From Octopus sinensis (taxonomy: Eukaryota): DNA of 64,000 bases. Where the stretch lies: assembly GCF_006345805.1 (NCBI RefSeq), contig NC_042998.1:65100001-65164000 (forward strand). Reading direction: 5' to 3'. The notes beneath the pieces were generated by a model that was not told where the DNA came from, did no database searches, and was given only the letters and a program-made list of their open reading frames with translations. Position numbers and translations under genes: made by a program. Positions 1-13,379 of the stretch are shown in pieces. Position 1 is the stretch's first letter. Each line of letters opens with the position of its first letter.

Positions 1-218
1 TCAGTCCATCGCAGCGTTACTCAAGAAACAGGAAGAAAGAGTGAGAGAAAGTTGGGGCGAAAGAGTACAATAGGGGTCACCACCACCCACTGCCGGAGAC
101 TTATGGGGCATTTAGGTGTGTTTGCTCAATAAACACACACAACGCCCAGCCTGGAATCGAGAGCAAAATCCTCCGCCCCGAGTCCGCTGCCCTAACCACT
201 GGGTCATTGTACCTCCAC
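1..218 (-). mobile_element. tRNA-derived SINE, family A (5' part)
   Basis: Reverse strand starts GTGGAGGTACAATGACCCAGTGGTTAGGGCAGCGGACTC...CTCGATTCC (A/B-box-like head); same family as the longer copy at 45845-46243. Confidence 0.8.
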
Positions 219-537
219 TACCTTAAATCTAGCTAAAATTTTATGTGAGAAAATTATATGTTACATCGAATCTAATAATTCAGTGCACATTTATTATGAA
301 ACTCTCATAGACGAAATGGAATATTATCATTTATGCAACATGAATTTCGTTAACAAAACATCGCCATCAATATTTAGAATTACGTCTTTGAAACTGTAGT
401 TACAGCAAAATAATCTAAATAATAAATATTTAATGAAACATTAAGAAAATTTGCTAGTAAAATTATCTTCATCTACGTAGGTATTCAATCTGAATGATTC
501 ATTAAAGATCACTTAATAAATTGTAGAAGTCATCCAT

Positions 538-845
538 CCATCCATCCATTCCCTCCATGCATCTATACATACATATACATATACATATATACATATATAT
601 ATATATACGTATCCACAATTGTCCTTATACGATAAGTATATTTTTTCTCTAGCATTGATACGACTCTTAATCTGTCTCTTTCTCTCTCTCTCTCTCCTCC
701 CTTATTCCCCTTCCTTTCTTTTCCTCTCCATCCGTCTTCCCCCCCCCTTCTACGTTTCTCTATCTCTCTCACCTCCAGCCCCCTCGATCTGTCTCTTTCT
801 TCCCCTCCCTCGTCCACCTTCTCTCTCTTTTCATCTGTCCCTTTC
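538..845. repeat. (CATC)/(TA) microsatellites and CT-rich low-complexity tract
   Basis: Direct inspection; explains ORFs 563-817 and 619-885. Confidence 0.9.
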
Positions 846-1365
846 TCCTGTCTTTTGTTCTCACGTGACCGCTAGCCGCTGTTGAGCGCTCTTTTCGTTC
901 CAGCAGTCGCAGAAGCAACACGTATTTGTTCGTCTCCCTGCGGCCATTAGGCACAACTTCACAAGCCAGCCCCATACTCAACTCGTTCTGTCGAAAGACC
1001 CTTGTCCTACGTCCTGGTTTTGTTTTGTTGTTTATTTTTAATTTTTACCGTTATTGTTTTTACGTTTTTGTATTCTTATTGGTGTCACGTATTCTGTATT
1101 TTTGTTCGTGTACTTCGTTCGTTTTCCGTCTTCGTGTTGTATGCATTCGAAGCTTTCTTCCAGGGGATCTAATGCGCTTGGCTTAGATTTCCCTTGGCGG
1201 GCTGGCCATATCGGAGCAATCTCAAGATTAATCAGCCGAAATTACTAAGATGATCTGGTTCTTGACTGATGACTGAGGGCTTCGAATGTCCCGTCCTGTG
1301 GTTCTTGTGTCGTCTCTGTGGTGTTTCATGTTCTTGTCCATGTCTGTAAATATTTTTACTGTTTA

Positions 1366-1411
<46 letters not shown>

Positions 1412-2105
1412 GGTATGAATAAATAAGGCAATATACATAAATACATAAATATACGTGTATGTATATATGTATCTATGTATCTATGTTATTTACGTATGTG
1501 TGTTTGCATGTATGTACGCACGTATGTATGTATATATGGTTAAGGCCTAAAATTTCAAATGAACAGTTTACCTCAGTTGTATTTCTATCAAACACACTGC
1601 AAGTTGGATTGTAAATGTATGAGGATATTGCCTGTGGGGAAAGTAATCTAGTGTGTTTGAGAGAGGAAGTAATGGAAGCTAATATGTGCAATGCATTTAA
1701 TAGTCAGAAAGAGCTAAATTTATACAATACTTTTTATATACTCAGAATAGTCAAAAAATATTCTAGAACCAATTCCCAAATGCAACAGAGATATATAAAG
1801 ACCTTCTTACAAAAATAAAATTTTGTTCATAGACTCAATGTTGAATATATTACCTTGAGTTTGATATTCACATATTGTACGGAGAACCAACCGTCACATA
1901 AATAAATTATAAATTATTCATAATCAGCTTTGAAAAAGTACCTTTCGGTTACCTGCGAAATATGCATATTAACAATGTGTACTGTACTGGGTTAGACTAT
2001 TCTACAATTGTTATATGGTAATCTTAATTCTTTGAAGACACAAAAAGAAAGAATATACTGTAACGTGATATATTTAATGCATGGAATAACGACATAGCAT
2101 AACGA

Positions 2106-2516
2106 ATGCTAATCGACATAGCATGCCTCGATGACAAGATCAATGAGAAAGAAGAAATATAAATAAACAACTACGACAATTTAAAATGGGAAACACGAAG
2201 ATTGTGGTCAATAAAGAGAGTATATGTGATACCAATAGTAATTGGTGCACTTGGAAATATCAGCACTAAACTACTAACATGGCTAAACTACTAACTAGCC
2301 ATGTTAGTACAAACTACTAACATGGTTGCAAAAGATTGTTGCTAGTGTGAAGATGGAATGCCTACAAAACTCAGCATTGCTTGGAAGTGCAAGAATTCTA
2401 CGCAGTGTTCTTGAAGCATGACCAGTTAACAATTGGCACCTTAGTCTGTTGGCCGTGGACAGCTGACACTTTCCATCATACGCAGCAAAATAAGCTGTGA
2501 GTTTTCATCACATGGT
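2106..2516 (+). mobile_element. R4/Dong-like non-LTR retrotransposon 3' end (restriction-like endonuclease remnant)
   Basis: Translates LIDIACLDDKINEKEEI*INNYDNLKWETRRLWSIKRVYVIPIVIGALG...SALLGSARILRSVLE, followed directly by an (AAT)n tail at about 2516-2617. Confidence 0.8.
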
Positions 2517-2529
2517 AATAATAATAATA

Positions 2530-2586
<57 letters not shown>

Positions 2587-2639
2587 TACTACTACTACTA
2601 ATAATAATAATAATAATTATGGGTTTCGTTTTATAGGCA

Positions 2640-2825
2640 TATGGATTGACTTTTTGTGGGAGGGGCTAGTCGTGTCCATCGGATTCAGTACTCAACTGGT
2701 CTTTATTTTATCAACTTCGAAAGATAAAATGGAAAGCGACCCCGGCAGGGTTTGAACTCAGAACGTAGGAAATACGAATTGCCCCTAAGCATTTTGCACG
2801 GCGTGCTAACGAATGTGTCAGCTGA
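2640..2825 (-). mobile_element. tRNA-derived SINE, family C (degenerate)
   Basis: Contains TTTGAACTCAGAACGTA and CGGCGTGCTAACG, the reverse complement of the head seen at 32060-32160. Confidence 0.7.
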
Positions 2826-3099
2826 AATACGTATAATTACAATAATAATAAAATCGTCTGGGATTTTCCATTCCAAAGAGGTCAGGGAGTGCAGAAGAAC
2901 AACCCGGACCTAGAGACGGTCGGCAAGACACACCACATGTGCTTTATATTTGAAGTTGCGTTCGCCTTTAACTCACGAAAGAAGGTGATAAACAACAAAA
3001 ATAATAATAATAATTCAGTACTTAATATAAAAAGAGGTAAGAAAGCAGCCTGCAGTGGATTGCAATTACCATCAGGGGATAGCTTGGGTTAACCCGACA

Positions 3100-4376
3100 G
3101 TAGTGGGAATAGATATTTAAGGTTTTGAGGGCTGGATGACATTTCACATAGAGAAATGAAGGTCAAGATCAGCGAAGCGTATAAGAAAAAAGGTGAAAAT
3201 GTTGACATCCAACCAGGATGCCAAAACTTTGATTACCACAATGAATATCTGGGCAGTTGCGGTGGTCATATATAGTGCGCCCATCCTCAAATATTCTAAG
3301 GAGGAATAGAATGACGAGAAAGCTGATGACGCTACATGGGGCTGTATAAGAAAAGAAAGAATGGTGGTAAAGGATTAATTAGTATAGACCATTGTAGAAG
3401 GAGTGAAAAAAGAACGCTTGCCGAGTAATTGATCAATAGTGATGAAGACCAGCTGCAATATCCCGTGAAAGATATGGGTGAAAATGCAGAGGAAATGATG
3501 GGCAAGCAAGAGTTTAACCAAAGAGCTGAGGAGAAGAGAAAAGAAGACCTTATTGAAATGAGAATGCATGGACAGTTTGAAAGGAATACACAATACATTA
3601 ACGATAATTCAGCATCGTGAGCATCGTTTGAGCGAGGTGATTTGGAGAGTACCATCGAAAGCCTGACTATGGCTGCACAACAGCACGCTCTCGCTACAAC
3701 TTCAGTGAAGAATAATATCTATAAAACTTCTAACACACAGAAATGCAGATTCCGTGGAAAGAGTGTGAAAACTGTGACCCACTTGGTAAGTGGATGTGAG
3801 GGCCTTGCATAAAAACAATATAGGGGCCGCCATGATTAAGTGTGTGTGTATCTTTATTAGCTCTTACACCGTAAATACCAATATGAAGTAACAGACAACT
3901 GGTATTAGCGTGTACCAAGTAAAGTTATGCAAGAGTATGGAAAAGGAACGATGCTCTGGGACTATGATTTTCAGACGGATCGTTTAATAGAACACCGTCG
4001 GCCGCATAATGTCATATTGAATAAGAGAGACAGATACTGTCAGATTATTGATCTGGCCATACCGAATGACGTGAATGTTGTGAGTAAAGAGGTTGAAAAA
4101 ATCCCCAATTACTCTGAATTGAAAGTGGAAATGGCAAGACTGTATGGAATGCGAGGGGGTAATGTAAAAGTGATACCAGCGGTGACCGGAGCGTTGGGTT
4201 CAAACCCATTGAGACTTCAAAACTTCTTAAGGCAACTGGAAATCCCATGCAAGAATGATGACTTGCGAAAGCGCATATCTAAACGAAAGTATTATCTGTC
4301 TGAAGTATTTATTGTGAATTAACAGATGATTAAAGACCCCGGTGTATATTTCCCTACACTGTTTTACGAAGGAATA
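3100..4376 (+). mobile_element. R4/Dong-like non-LTR retrotransposon remnant (RT C-terminus, CCHC knuckle, RLE nuclease)
   Basis: Fragments TTMNIWAVAVVIYSAPIL, MHGQFER, CRFRGKSVKTVTHLVSGCEGLA, and ORF 3927-4322 WDYDFQTDRLIEHRRPH...IIDLAIP...EK...IPAVTGALG; (AAT)n tract follows at 4377-4515. Confidence 0.85.
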
Positions 4377-4514
<138 letters not shown>

Positions 4515-4515
<1 letters not shown>

Positions 4516-4640
4516 GCCCTGATTCAGTGCCAGGCAGTGGCTTTCATTGTTTTTCATCTTAACTGAATGGAAGTGTTATCATGTGTATTGTTTGGTCTTG
4601 CATATAAAAGATGGACCACAAGCTTTGCTCAAAACAAAAT
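4515..4640. mobile_element. Fragment of the ~557-bp (AAT)n-associated element
   Basis: GCCCTGATTCAGTGCCAGGCAGTGGCTTTC...GGAAGTGTTATCATG matches the start of the units at 48214, 48872 and 49501. Confidence 0.8.
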
Positions 4641-4698
4641 TGAAGGCAATGAATAAATCACATTATGAAGGTCTAAATATATACTTTTCTGTACTCAG

Positions 4699-4776
4699 TG
4701 GTATGTAACGTAGTTGCTACAAACATTAACAATATATCAACTGTGAATTCAGCAGCAAAATATTTCAAAGAATTTG
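4699..4776 (+). CDS. Candidate exon 1 of an unidentified host gene (phase 1-1)
   Basis: ttttctgtactcAG acceptor, GTATGG donor, open frame VCNVVATNINNISTVNSAAKYFKEF; phase matches the next exon. Confidence 0.35.
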
Positions 4777-5005
4777 GTATGGGATGCTTTTATGAATGTA
4801 TACGTATATATGTGTAGACGTACTGATGCACGCGGACTCATTTATGTCATATGTTGTTCCTATACATAAAATTAGATTCATCTCTTACTTTCCTATATGT
4901 ATTTCGGTCGTACATACCAACACGACAAATAGGAACACGGTGTCCTTATTTATCTATGGACAAGTATATATATTTCATTTTCCTTTCATCCTTCTCTGGT
5001 TGTAG

Positions 5006-5100
5006 CTAAGTTATTATATTCTAACGGACACCTTTTTTATTATCGCACATATTACGGTTTGTTCTCTGTCACTATCAAAAGCGTTAATTTTCGCTTCTTG
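5006..5100 (+). CDS. Candidate exon 2 (phase 1-0)
   Basis: Long pyrimidine tract + tgtAG, donor GTACGT, open frame KLLYSNGHLFYYRTYYGLFSVTIKSVNFRFL. Confidence 0.35.
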
Positions 5101-5739
5101 GTACGTTGCAATACTCTCTTACGTTGTTGCAATTTGTCTTTTCCAACGATATTCTGGACTGCTCTGAAAATGATTTGTGCTAGTTCATTACAAAAATAGA
5201 CATATCGATTAAATATTTCTAGTTACATAATAATCTCGAAATTGAAATATGTCATCGTTACGTGTGAAATGACAACTAAGTACTTCAAAACATCTGCGGT
5301 TTTAAGTTGATATACAACTTAAAACCGCGCGTTTCTACTTATAGGTATATATACACATACATGTAACTAGAAACACACGCACACACACACAGGAACAAAC
5401 AATCAAACACACACACACACAAATATACACGTACATATGTGCATACATAAAGTAGTGTATATGAATTTTCATGTATATGCTAGCATATATGCTTCAACAT
5501 ATTTACATGGCAATCAGCCAATATATATACATGCATACACACACACACACACACTCACACACACATACAAACATACACACACAAAAACACACGCACTCAC
5601 ATACACATAGGAACATAAATCCACACAAACACACGCACAAACATATACAAACATACACAAACGCACAGATATATATATAGGCATGAACTTGTGGCAATAT
5701 AGGCGTAACTGTGTTTTTACAAGCTTGCTCCTCAAACAC

Positions 5740-6355
5740 ATGATTCAATGTTTAGTAACATTGCGCAGCACCTTGTACAAGTGTCTTCTTCTGTAGCCTC
5801 TGCTAACCAAATACTTCTGACTGGATTTAGTGGACGGAAACTGAAAGAATCCTGTCATATATATTTCCTCCAAAATGGTGACGAATATCATATCTCTACA
5901 TGATCGAATTCGAAAACTGTTAAGATACCAGGATATTTTTCTTCAAAAAACACCAGTCGTAGCCTTAATATACAAATAAAGCAATTTCATCCAGCTATAC
6001 TCTATTGAGCACTCACTGTCGATGTTGAACATTTCTGTACATAAATAAATAAATATATATATGTGTGTTTATATGTATGTATATGTGAGTGTGTGTGTGT
6101 GTGTGGGGGGGGGTTGCCTGTATGGATGCATGTTTGCGCATGTAATTTCTTTCTTTCTATATTTGTCCACCATCATTGCTTGAAAATTGGCGTTTTTCAG
6201 TCCTCATAACATAGCGGGTCGGTAAAAAACTTGTAGAATAAGTTCTATGCTTACGAAGAATAAGTCTTAGAGCCGATTTCTTCGACTAAATTCCTTCAAG
6301 GTGGTGTTCCAGCATTGTTGTTGTCACATGACAAACACAAGAAAAAGAATAAGGG
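5740..6355 (+). mobile_element. SINE family B, degenerate and interrupted
   Basis: GACGGAAACTGAAAGAATCC core at about 5835 and the GTGGTGTTCCAGCAT tail at about 6300. Confidence 0.6.
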
Positions 6356-6356
6356 A

Positions 6357-6425
<69 letters not shown>

Positions 6426-6456
6426 TAAATAGATAGATAAATAGATAGATAGATAA

Positions 6457-6505
<49 letters not shown>

Positions 6506-6614
6506 GCAAATGAAAGACGGAAGATAGAATATACGAGAATTTATCATTAATCACGATAATTGTTTCGGCATCATTTTATTATCCACAATATTTATATATA
6601 TATGTATATATATG

Positions 6615-6691
<77 letters not shown>

Positions 6692-7247
6692 GTATATATA
6701 AGGAGTGTGATGGGGTGAGTGTGTGTTTGTATATGCATACGTATATTTATAGCTGCAGTTATATGAGAAGAGGTTTGTTTCACAATATCTATCAGATGTT
6801 GTCCCATTTTGTAGCACCTAGGACAGATAACTTTTTTTTAGACTGATTAAAGTATCGTGAGTGGATGTGTTGCACGGAATGTCAAAGAAACCCGTCCTAT
6901 GAATGTGTAGTTTGAGTGTGTCACCTTGATTTGCGTTTGCCTCTTCCTAACTATGATAAAACATACCGCTAGAGTGAGCGCTGGGCCTGAAAAATAAAAA
7001 CTGACTTTGATTCATTCGACTGAAATTCTGTAAAGCGAGATAAAAGAAATATATATAAACCATTAATAAAATGGCGGGTATCAAGATGTGGTACTCATCA
7101 AGTTTAAGATTATGTTTATTTTTTTATTTAAAAAAAAAAACATTGTGTTTTTGTAATATGTAAATATTATTTAATTATCATAAAAATAATAGGTACCTGA
7201 TATATATATATTTAAATTATATTTCGTTTTTGGATTTGTTTTGCAAG

Positions 7248-7340
7248 ATGCTTTATATGAGTTCGTGTGTTGAAGCATATTCTGTTGTACCTGGGAAGAG
7301 TCATTTTCTTTTTGTGCCTTATTATTTTACACACTCACCG
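7248..7340 (+). CDS. Candidate exon 3 (phase 0-0)
   Basis: tttgttttgcaAG acceptor, GTAAAA donor, open frame MLYMSSCVEAYSVVPGKSHFLFVPYYFTHSP. Confidence 0.3.
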
Positions 7341-8008
7341 GTAAAATTTCCACTTATTTCTTGTTTTTATTTTCTAAAATTTTCGTTGTGTGTTGCAACC
7401 TTTTCAATAGTTTTGACTGTCCGTTATTTACACAGCGTTCCCTTTTGTTTGTTTGTGCGCATGTGTGGGGGTCAGTGTGTGTGTGTGTGTGTGCCTATAC
7501 ATGCATGCATGTACGTGTGTATGTGTGTGTGTGCCTATACATGCATGCATGTACGTAATATGTGTGTGTGTGCCTATACATGCATGCATGTACGTATGTA
7601 TGTGTTTGTGTGTGTTTGCACGTGTATATATATATGCGTGTATGCATATGTATATATGTATGTGTCTGCATCTGCATGTAAGTGTGCTGCATATTTATGT
7701 GCATGCTTGTCCGTGTTTGTGTATTTTCTATGTACGTGTGTGTGAGCATGTGTTTTTATATATATATTCACATCTCTCTCCTTCTGTGTGCATATCTGTT
7801 TAAATTATATTTGAGTATAAAATAGGTTATTTAATTTTATCGTTTTTTTTTATAATAGTTAGTAATATTCCTTTGTGTGTTGTGTTGTTATTATTTAATT
7901 TTTAAATAAATTATAAAATATTACGCTTTACATATATAATATATCAAAATATAAAAATACCAGTGATTATTAGAATATATAACGTAGAACATTGGAAGTA
8001 GAAAAGAA

Positions 8009-8130
8009 TCTTACAGCTGTTTCAGCCAAGAGATTATAGTACACCACTTTACTTCCATCCCTTCAGTAAACTAATGTATTTGGTAGATATGATTAAGGTA
8101 CATGGGTGTGCCTCCGGGCTTCGTCAGAGA
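8009..8130 (-). ncRNA. Type I hammerhead ribozyme motif with an 89-nt loop 2
   Basis: Minus strand: tct-CTGACGA-agcc-[89 nt]-ggct-GAAAC-agct-GTA-aga. Intact core, helix I tct/aga, helix II agcc/ggct, palindromic helix III ACAGCTGT. Confidence 0.7.
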
Positions 8131-8391
8131 GTTTAGAAAGTTCGAAAGTTTAAGTTATAAATATAAATACACACTTTACATATATAAACATATACATAAA
8201 TATACATAAATATACATCTATAGATTTATATGTATATGCATCCAAATGAATCAGTTATCATTATTAGGTGTAATATATTATTCCTATTAGATGAAGCATA
8301 AACAGAGGCACAGTGAAAAGTGATTTTCTAAGGCACACAACGTGCCACCTGATCAAGCATGCACAAATGTATGTATATATGTGTGTGTGTG

Positions 8392-8463
<72 letters not shown>

Positions 8464-8604
8464 AATATATATATGTTTAAATATATATGAATATGTATAC
8501 GTCTGCATAAATATATTTAAATATGTATATATGTGCATATATATTTATATATATATATATGTGTGTGTGTATAGATATGTATATATAAGTGTATGCATAC
8601 ATAC

Positions 8605-8652
<48 letters not shown>

Positions 8653-8680
8653 CATATATGTATATTTAGTTGTGTATATA

Positions 8681-8718
<38 letters not shown>

Positions 8719-8823
8719 TATATATACGCGTGTTTGTAAGTATGCATATTATGTATGTCCTAAATGCATAAGAACAACCACGACTGGTTAAGTGACACTC
8801 TGAAACAATACACTAATCATTAG

Positions 8824-8857
8824 TTTTGGGAGGTTATCACCAATTTGTTTGAGTTAG
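8824..8857 (+). CDS. Candidate exon 4 (phase 0-1)
   Basis: cattAG acceptor (weak), consensus donor AG|GTAAGT, frame FWEVITNLFEL. Confidence 0.35.
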
Positions 8858-9006
8858 GTAAGTGTTAGTATCCATGGGATAGAGACCACCTGCATTTGGA
8901 GAACATGTCCGCAAGTATTATATTTCTTGATCATAAGATTATCCAACTGAATTCAACTGATGCATTTTCAGTTTCGCACGTATTTTATTTGCATATATCA
9001 CTTTAG

Positions 9007-9190
9007 CTGGCACGTTATCAAAACTCATATACCACTCCCTCGGGGGGAATTCTTCCACTCACATAGATTTACCGACTGCTTTTCTCAATCATGGAAACGC
9101 GTTCATAGATTTTCGAACATACGCATTTCGCAAACATGTCTTCTATATTTTCGATAGTGTACAGACAGAAAAATATCTTGAGACAATTAC
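9007..9190 (+). CDS. Candidate exon 5 (phase 1-2)
   Basis: cactttAG acceptor, 60 stop-free codons GTLSKLIYHSLGGNSSTHIDLPTAFLNHGNAFIDFRTYAFRKHVFYIFDSVQTEKYLETI, donor GTACTT (weak). Confidence 0.45.
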
Positions 9191-9195
9191 GTACT

Positions 9196-9252
<57 letters not shown>

Positions 9253-9744
9253 GATAGATAGATAGATAGATATAGATATATAAACACAAACACACACACA
9301 CACATACATACATCCATACATACATCCATCCATACATACATACATACATATATACATACATACATACATACGTATATACATACATACATACATTTCGCAT
9401 GTATATATATCCGTCTAGCTACTGATACATATAAACATGCCCACACACAAAATACATGCATATGAATGTTTGTGTAAATGTGTGTGCAAGTGGTACTTAT
9501 TAATATTGGCATGTTCAAACATACTTCAAACGTACTTAAATTCACTCATGGTGTTGCTTTGCCTTTCACAAAATACTCGTTCGTGTATTTTTATTTTATC
9601 AGAACAATATGTGGCAAACAATATGACATCAAAATTTAATATGCATTCTCTTTCCACATAGAGTTGTCTATTTTGTTTGTGTAGAAACGAACGAAGTGAC
9701 ATCCTATAGTGCTACGTGATAAATGAAAGAGTATGTACACGGAA

Positions 9745-10125
9745 ACGATCAAAATGAGGAACATGAAGAAGACGAAAAAATAGGAGGAAAATGAGAAGAA
9801 GAGGTATTGGAAGAAGAAAAAGAAGACGAAGAAGAAAAACGAGACGAGGTAGACGAAGAGAAGTAAAAGAAGAGGTAGATGAAGAAGAAGCGGAGGAAGA
9901 AATGAAGAAGGATAAGAAGAAGAAAAAGAAGGGGAGAAGATAAGATAAAGAAGAAAAAGAAGAGGTAGACGGAGAAGAAGAATATGAGGTAGACGAAGAA
10001 AAAGAAGAAGAAGATGTAGACGAATAAGAAGAAGAAGAAAAATAATAATAATAAGAAGAAGAAGAAGAGAAAGTAGAAGGGAAAGAAGAGGGAGTGGTAA
10101 AAGAAAAAGGAAAAAAACCACATTA
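9745..10125. repeat. GAA-rich polypurine tract
   Basis: Imperfect (GAA)n with stop codons in the + frame I read; explains ORFs 9636-10121 and 9749-10141. Confidence 0.9.
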
Positions 10126-10343
10126 AATGTTCATACAGCACGATGCTGTAGGAACATTTTATGTGCTTTTAGAGTCAGATATTGGCTGTTATTTTAAGTA
10201 TAGCGGTATCTCGTAGACATCCTAAATTATAATTTTAATAATAATTATTACCTTTGAAGGTTTTTATTCCCATGCTGGTCACTTGATAAGATCGATATTT
10301 AATTTAAACTAACGATCCTATCCTTATATACATACATACACAC

Positions 10344-10380
<37 letters not shown>

Positions 10381-10381
<1 letters not shown>

Positions 10382-10788
10382 TTATTCTTTTATATGTTTC
10401 AGTCTAATGACGGTGGCCATGCTGGAGCACCGTGATTGTGATCATCTTTCCACTCTCCACCTTTGTCGGAGTGGCTTTTGGTGAAGGATGGAGTTGGATG
10501 TTACTGCCCTCTTTTCAGTTTCTTACCTAGATATTGGCTCATCCGAGATCTCGGCGAGCCAGAGGTCAAGTTCACGCTTGAAAACATCTACATCCACACC
10601 ATGGAAGCTCCTCAGATGTTTCGACAGACAGTTAAACAGCTGTCGGCCCTTGAAACCCAAGCTATTGCAGTACAACTTCCTTGCCCGAGATGAAGCAGTC
10701 GGCACAGTGAGAACAGCACTGTGACGTCCTGTTCGTAGTCTTGTATAGCTCTTTATTCCAAAGTTTGGTACCATACCTACCAGTATCT

Positions 10789-10848
<60 letters not shown>

Positions 10849-10925
10849 TCCATACCGTTCTCGCCATCGTTCCAGGGAATAGAGTCGTAGCTCTTTCAAT
10901 CTGTCACTGTAGCTCAGTAGTTGCA
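10381..10925 (-). mobile_element. CR1-group LINE 3' end (ORF2 C-terminus, 3' UTR, tail)
   Basis: Minus strand reads SYSDRLKELRLYSLERWRERYGVIY...KILVGMVPN...NSLGFKGRQLFNCLSKHLR...FKRELDLWLAEISDEP*, typical of CR1-group RT ends; tail CGGTGCTCCAGCATGGCC...GACTGAAAC. Confidence 0.8.
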
Positions 10926-11364
10926 TTGATGCAATTTTCTTTGTGTAATGTCGTTGGACTGATTCAGGCTCTGCTATCGTCCTTGTAGTATAAGGTGATC
11001 ATAGATGAGAGCAACAACCACCGATACATATATATATAAATTCACGTTATGGATGCGAAGAATATCCCAAGAACCAATATGACAAAACACATATCTATTC
11101 TAGCAAATTAGAATATACAAGTTCCTCCAATGAATTAATAATGAAATACATGTGTTGTGAATCTTTCGACATTTTAGTATTTCTCTTGGTTGCAAAATAG
11201 CTGGTTGGAATTCTTTGCAATTTTTATTGAAATCCTTCTAATTAGCAAGAGTGCCTGACAGTGATTTGGTAGACGTAATGTTTGTTTTGAAGAGTGCACA
11301 TGTATTCAATGAATCGCTGTATTCTTCTCGTCACTAACCTATTTGCTCAACTGTATTATTATAG

Positions 11365-11470
11365 CAGAAGCGGGCTGAAAATCATGCTGAAATATTTCAA
11401 TAATTTTGCAAAGGGAATACAGCGACATTTGATGTTACTTGATATAAGTTATTTTGATATTTTCGTTTTT
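11365..11470 (+). CDS. Candidate exon (phase 2-0)
   Basis: tattattatAG acceptor, GTAAGT donor, 35 open codons RSGLKIMLKYFNNFAKGIQRHLMLLDISYFDIFVF. Confidence 0.3.
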
Positions 11471-12720
11471 GTAAGTAACGTTGAAAAGGAAAACAAAATC
11501 TCAGATTAAGAAATTGACAGGTGTTTGAGTAGAACTACCTTTAATGTCATTTCTATAGCGTATATTACTATTCATCCCTGAATTTAATCGTTACATGTTT
11601 CAGCTGGTTGCATAAACATTGGAAAAAAGTAATCAGATAGTGAGTTATACTTGACAAATGATGGATTCAAATGTTAGAAAAAGGTCAATCGATTTCAGAA
11701 GTTGGCCTTTAATCATGAATGCGGAGAAAATTAATTCAGATTTTTCAAAGTCTCTAATGTTGTTGTGTGGAATTATATCAACCAATATGATAAAGACAAT
11801 GGTGAGTTTTCTTGTCATTTCATTGTAATTCATCGATTCATCCTGAACGAGCCCACCAATGAACTAACATTCCAGAGTGTATTATCACTCATATTAGGTG
11901 TGTCGTGTTGAGGTTACTTACGCTTGAGTTTGTACGATTTCAAGGAGAAATAGGACCTATTTCTAGTAGATCAAACAATTACATAGAGGATTTGTTGACA
12001 CGCCGTAAAATAACTTAGATATTGTTATATGTATATGAACAAGAATGGATGAGTCAATGTATTATAAATTATCAGATACTTCGTAGCGTATTCGGTGATA
12101 TATATTTCTACCATATTTTATACAGATAAGCAGAAACCATAACGTGTACAGGAGACGATTCTGGTATTTAAACAGCGGAGGTCATGATTTGGATGAGTGT
12201 AGAAAATAGATCTACAGTGTTGTACTGACCACTGTAACCAATAGGAATTAGTAAATAAAATTATCTTGCGTTTCATGCTGAATTAAATTGGAAAAGATAC
12301 AGCAATCATAGACTGATGTGAGAGTTTCGAGTCGAGGTAAATATTTGAACTATTTGAAATATCCTTGTGTGAGGATGTTTGCTGGGAAAGAATTGCGTTA
12401 ATTATCTGTTTAGAAAATGGAAAATAAGATGGGAACGGCTGCATTATTATATGAATTAAAGGCACTAGGCAGTCTTAAATTAGACATATTGTTATTACTA
12501 ACAATGAAATAATTAACATCGAAATAAGCGAAGAAAGTAAAATTGAAATATATAAACAATCGAAACCAAGTCGTTAAATTGTAACGACAGCCTTAGAGAG
12601 ATATATAGTTATTAAATAATGGTAGCCTTTGAAGAGAGAGAAAGACTCCTGAACAGTCTAAATACATTATTTGAACATATTGAAATCGGCATATTAATGT
12701 ACTTACGGTTAACATAAGCA

Positions 12721-13379
<659 letters not shown>

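Noticed and set aside
1266-1300. CTGATGA as a hammerhead core (also at 43620, 54975, and the reverse complement near 14696)
   Set aside because: No correctly placed GAAA-helix III-NUH half with closing helices.
9745-10125. Glu/Lys-rich coding exon
   Set aside because: Stops interrupt the acidic frame; it is a simple GAA-rich tract.
11604-12002. Additional exon models around the strong donor at 11803
   Set aside because: Two different frames and several acceptors fit equally well, so no single model can be supported.
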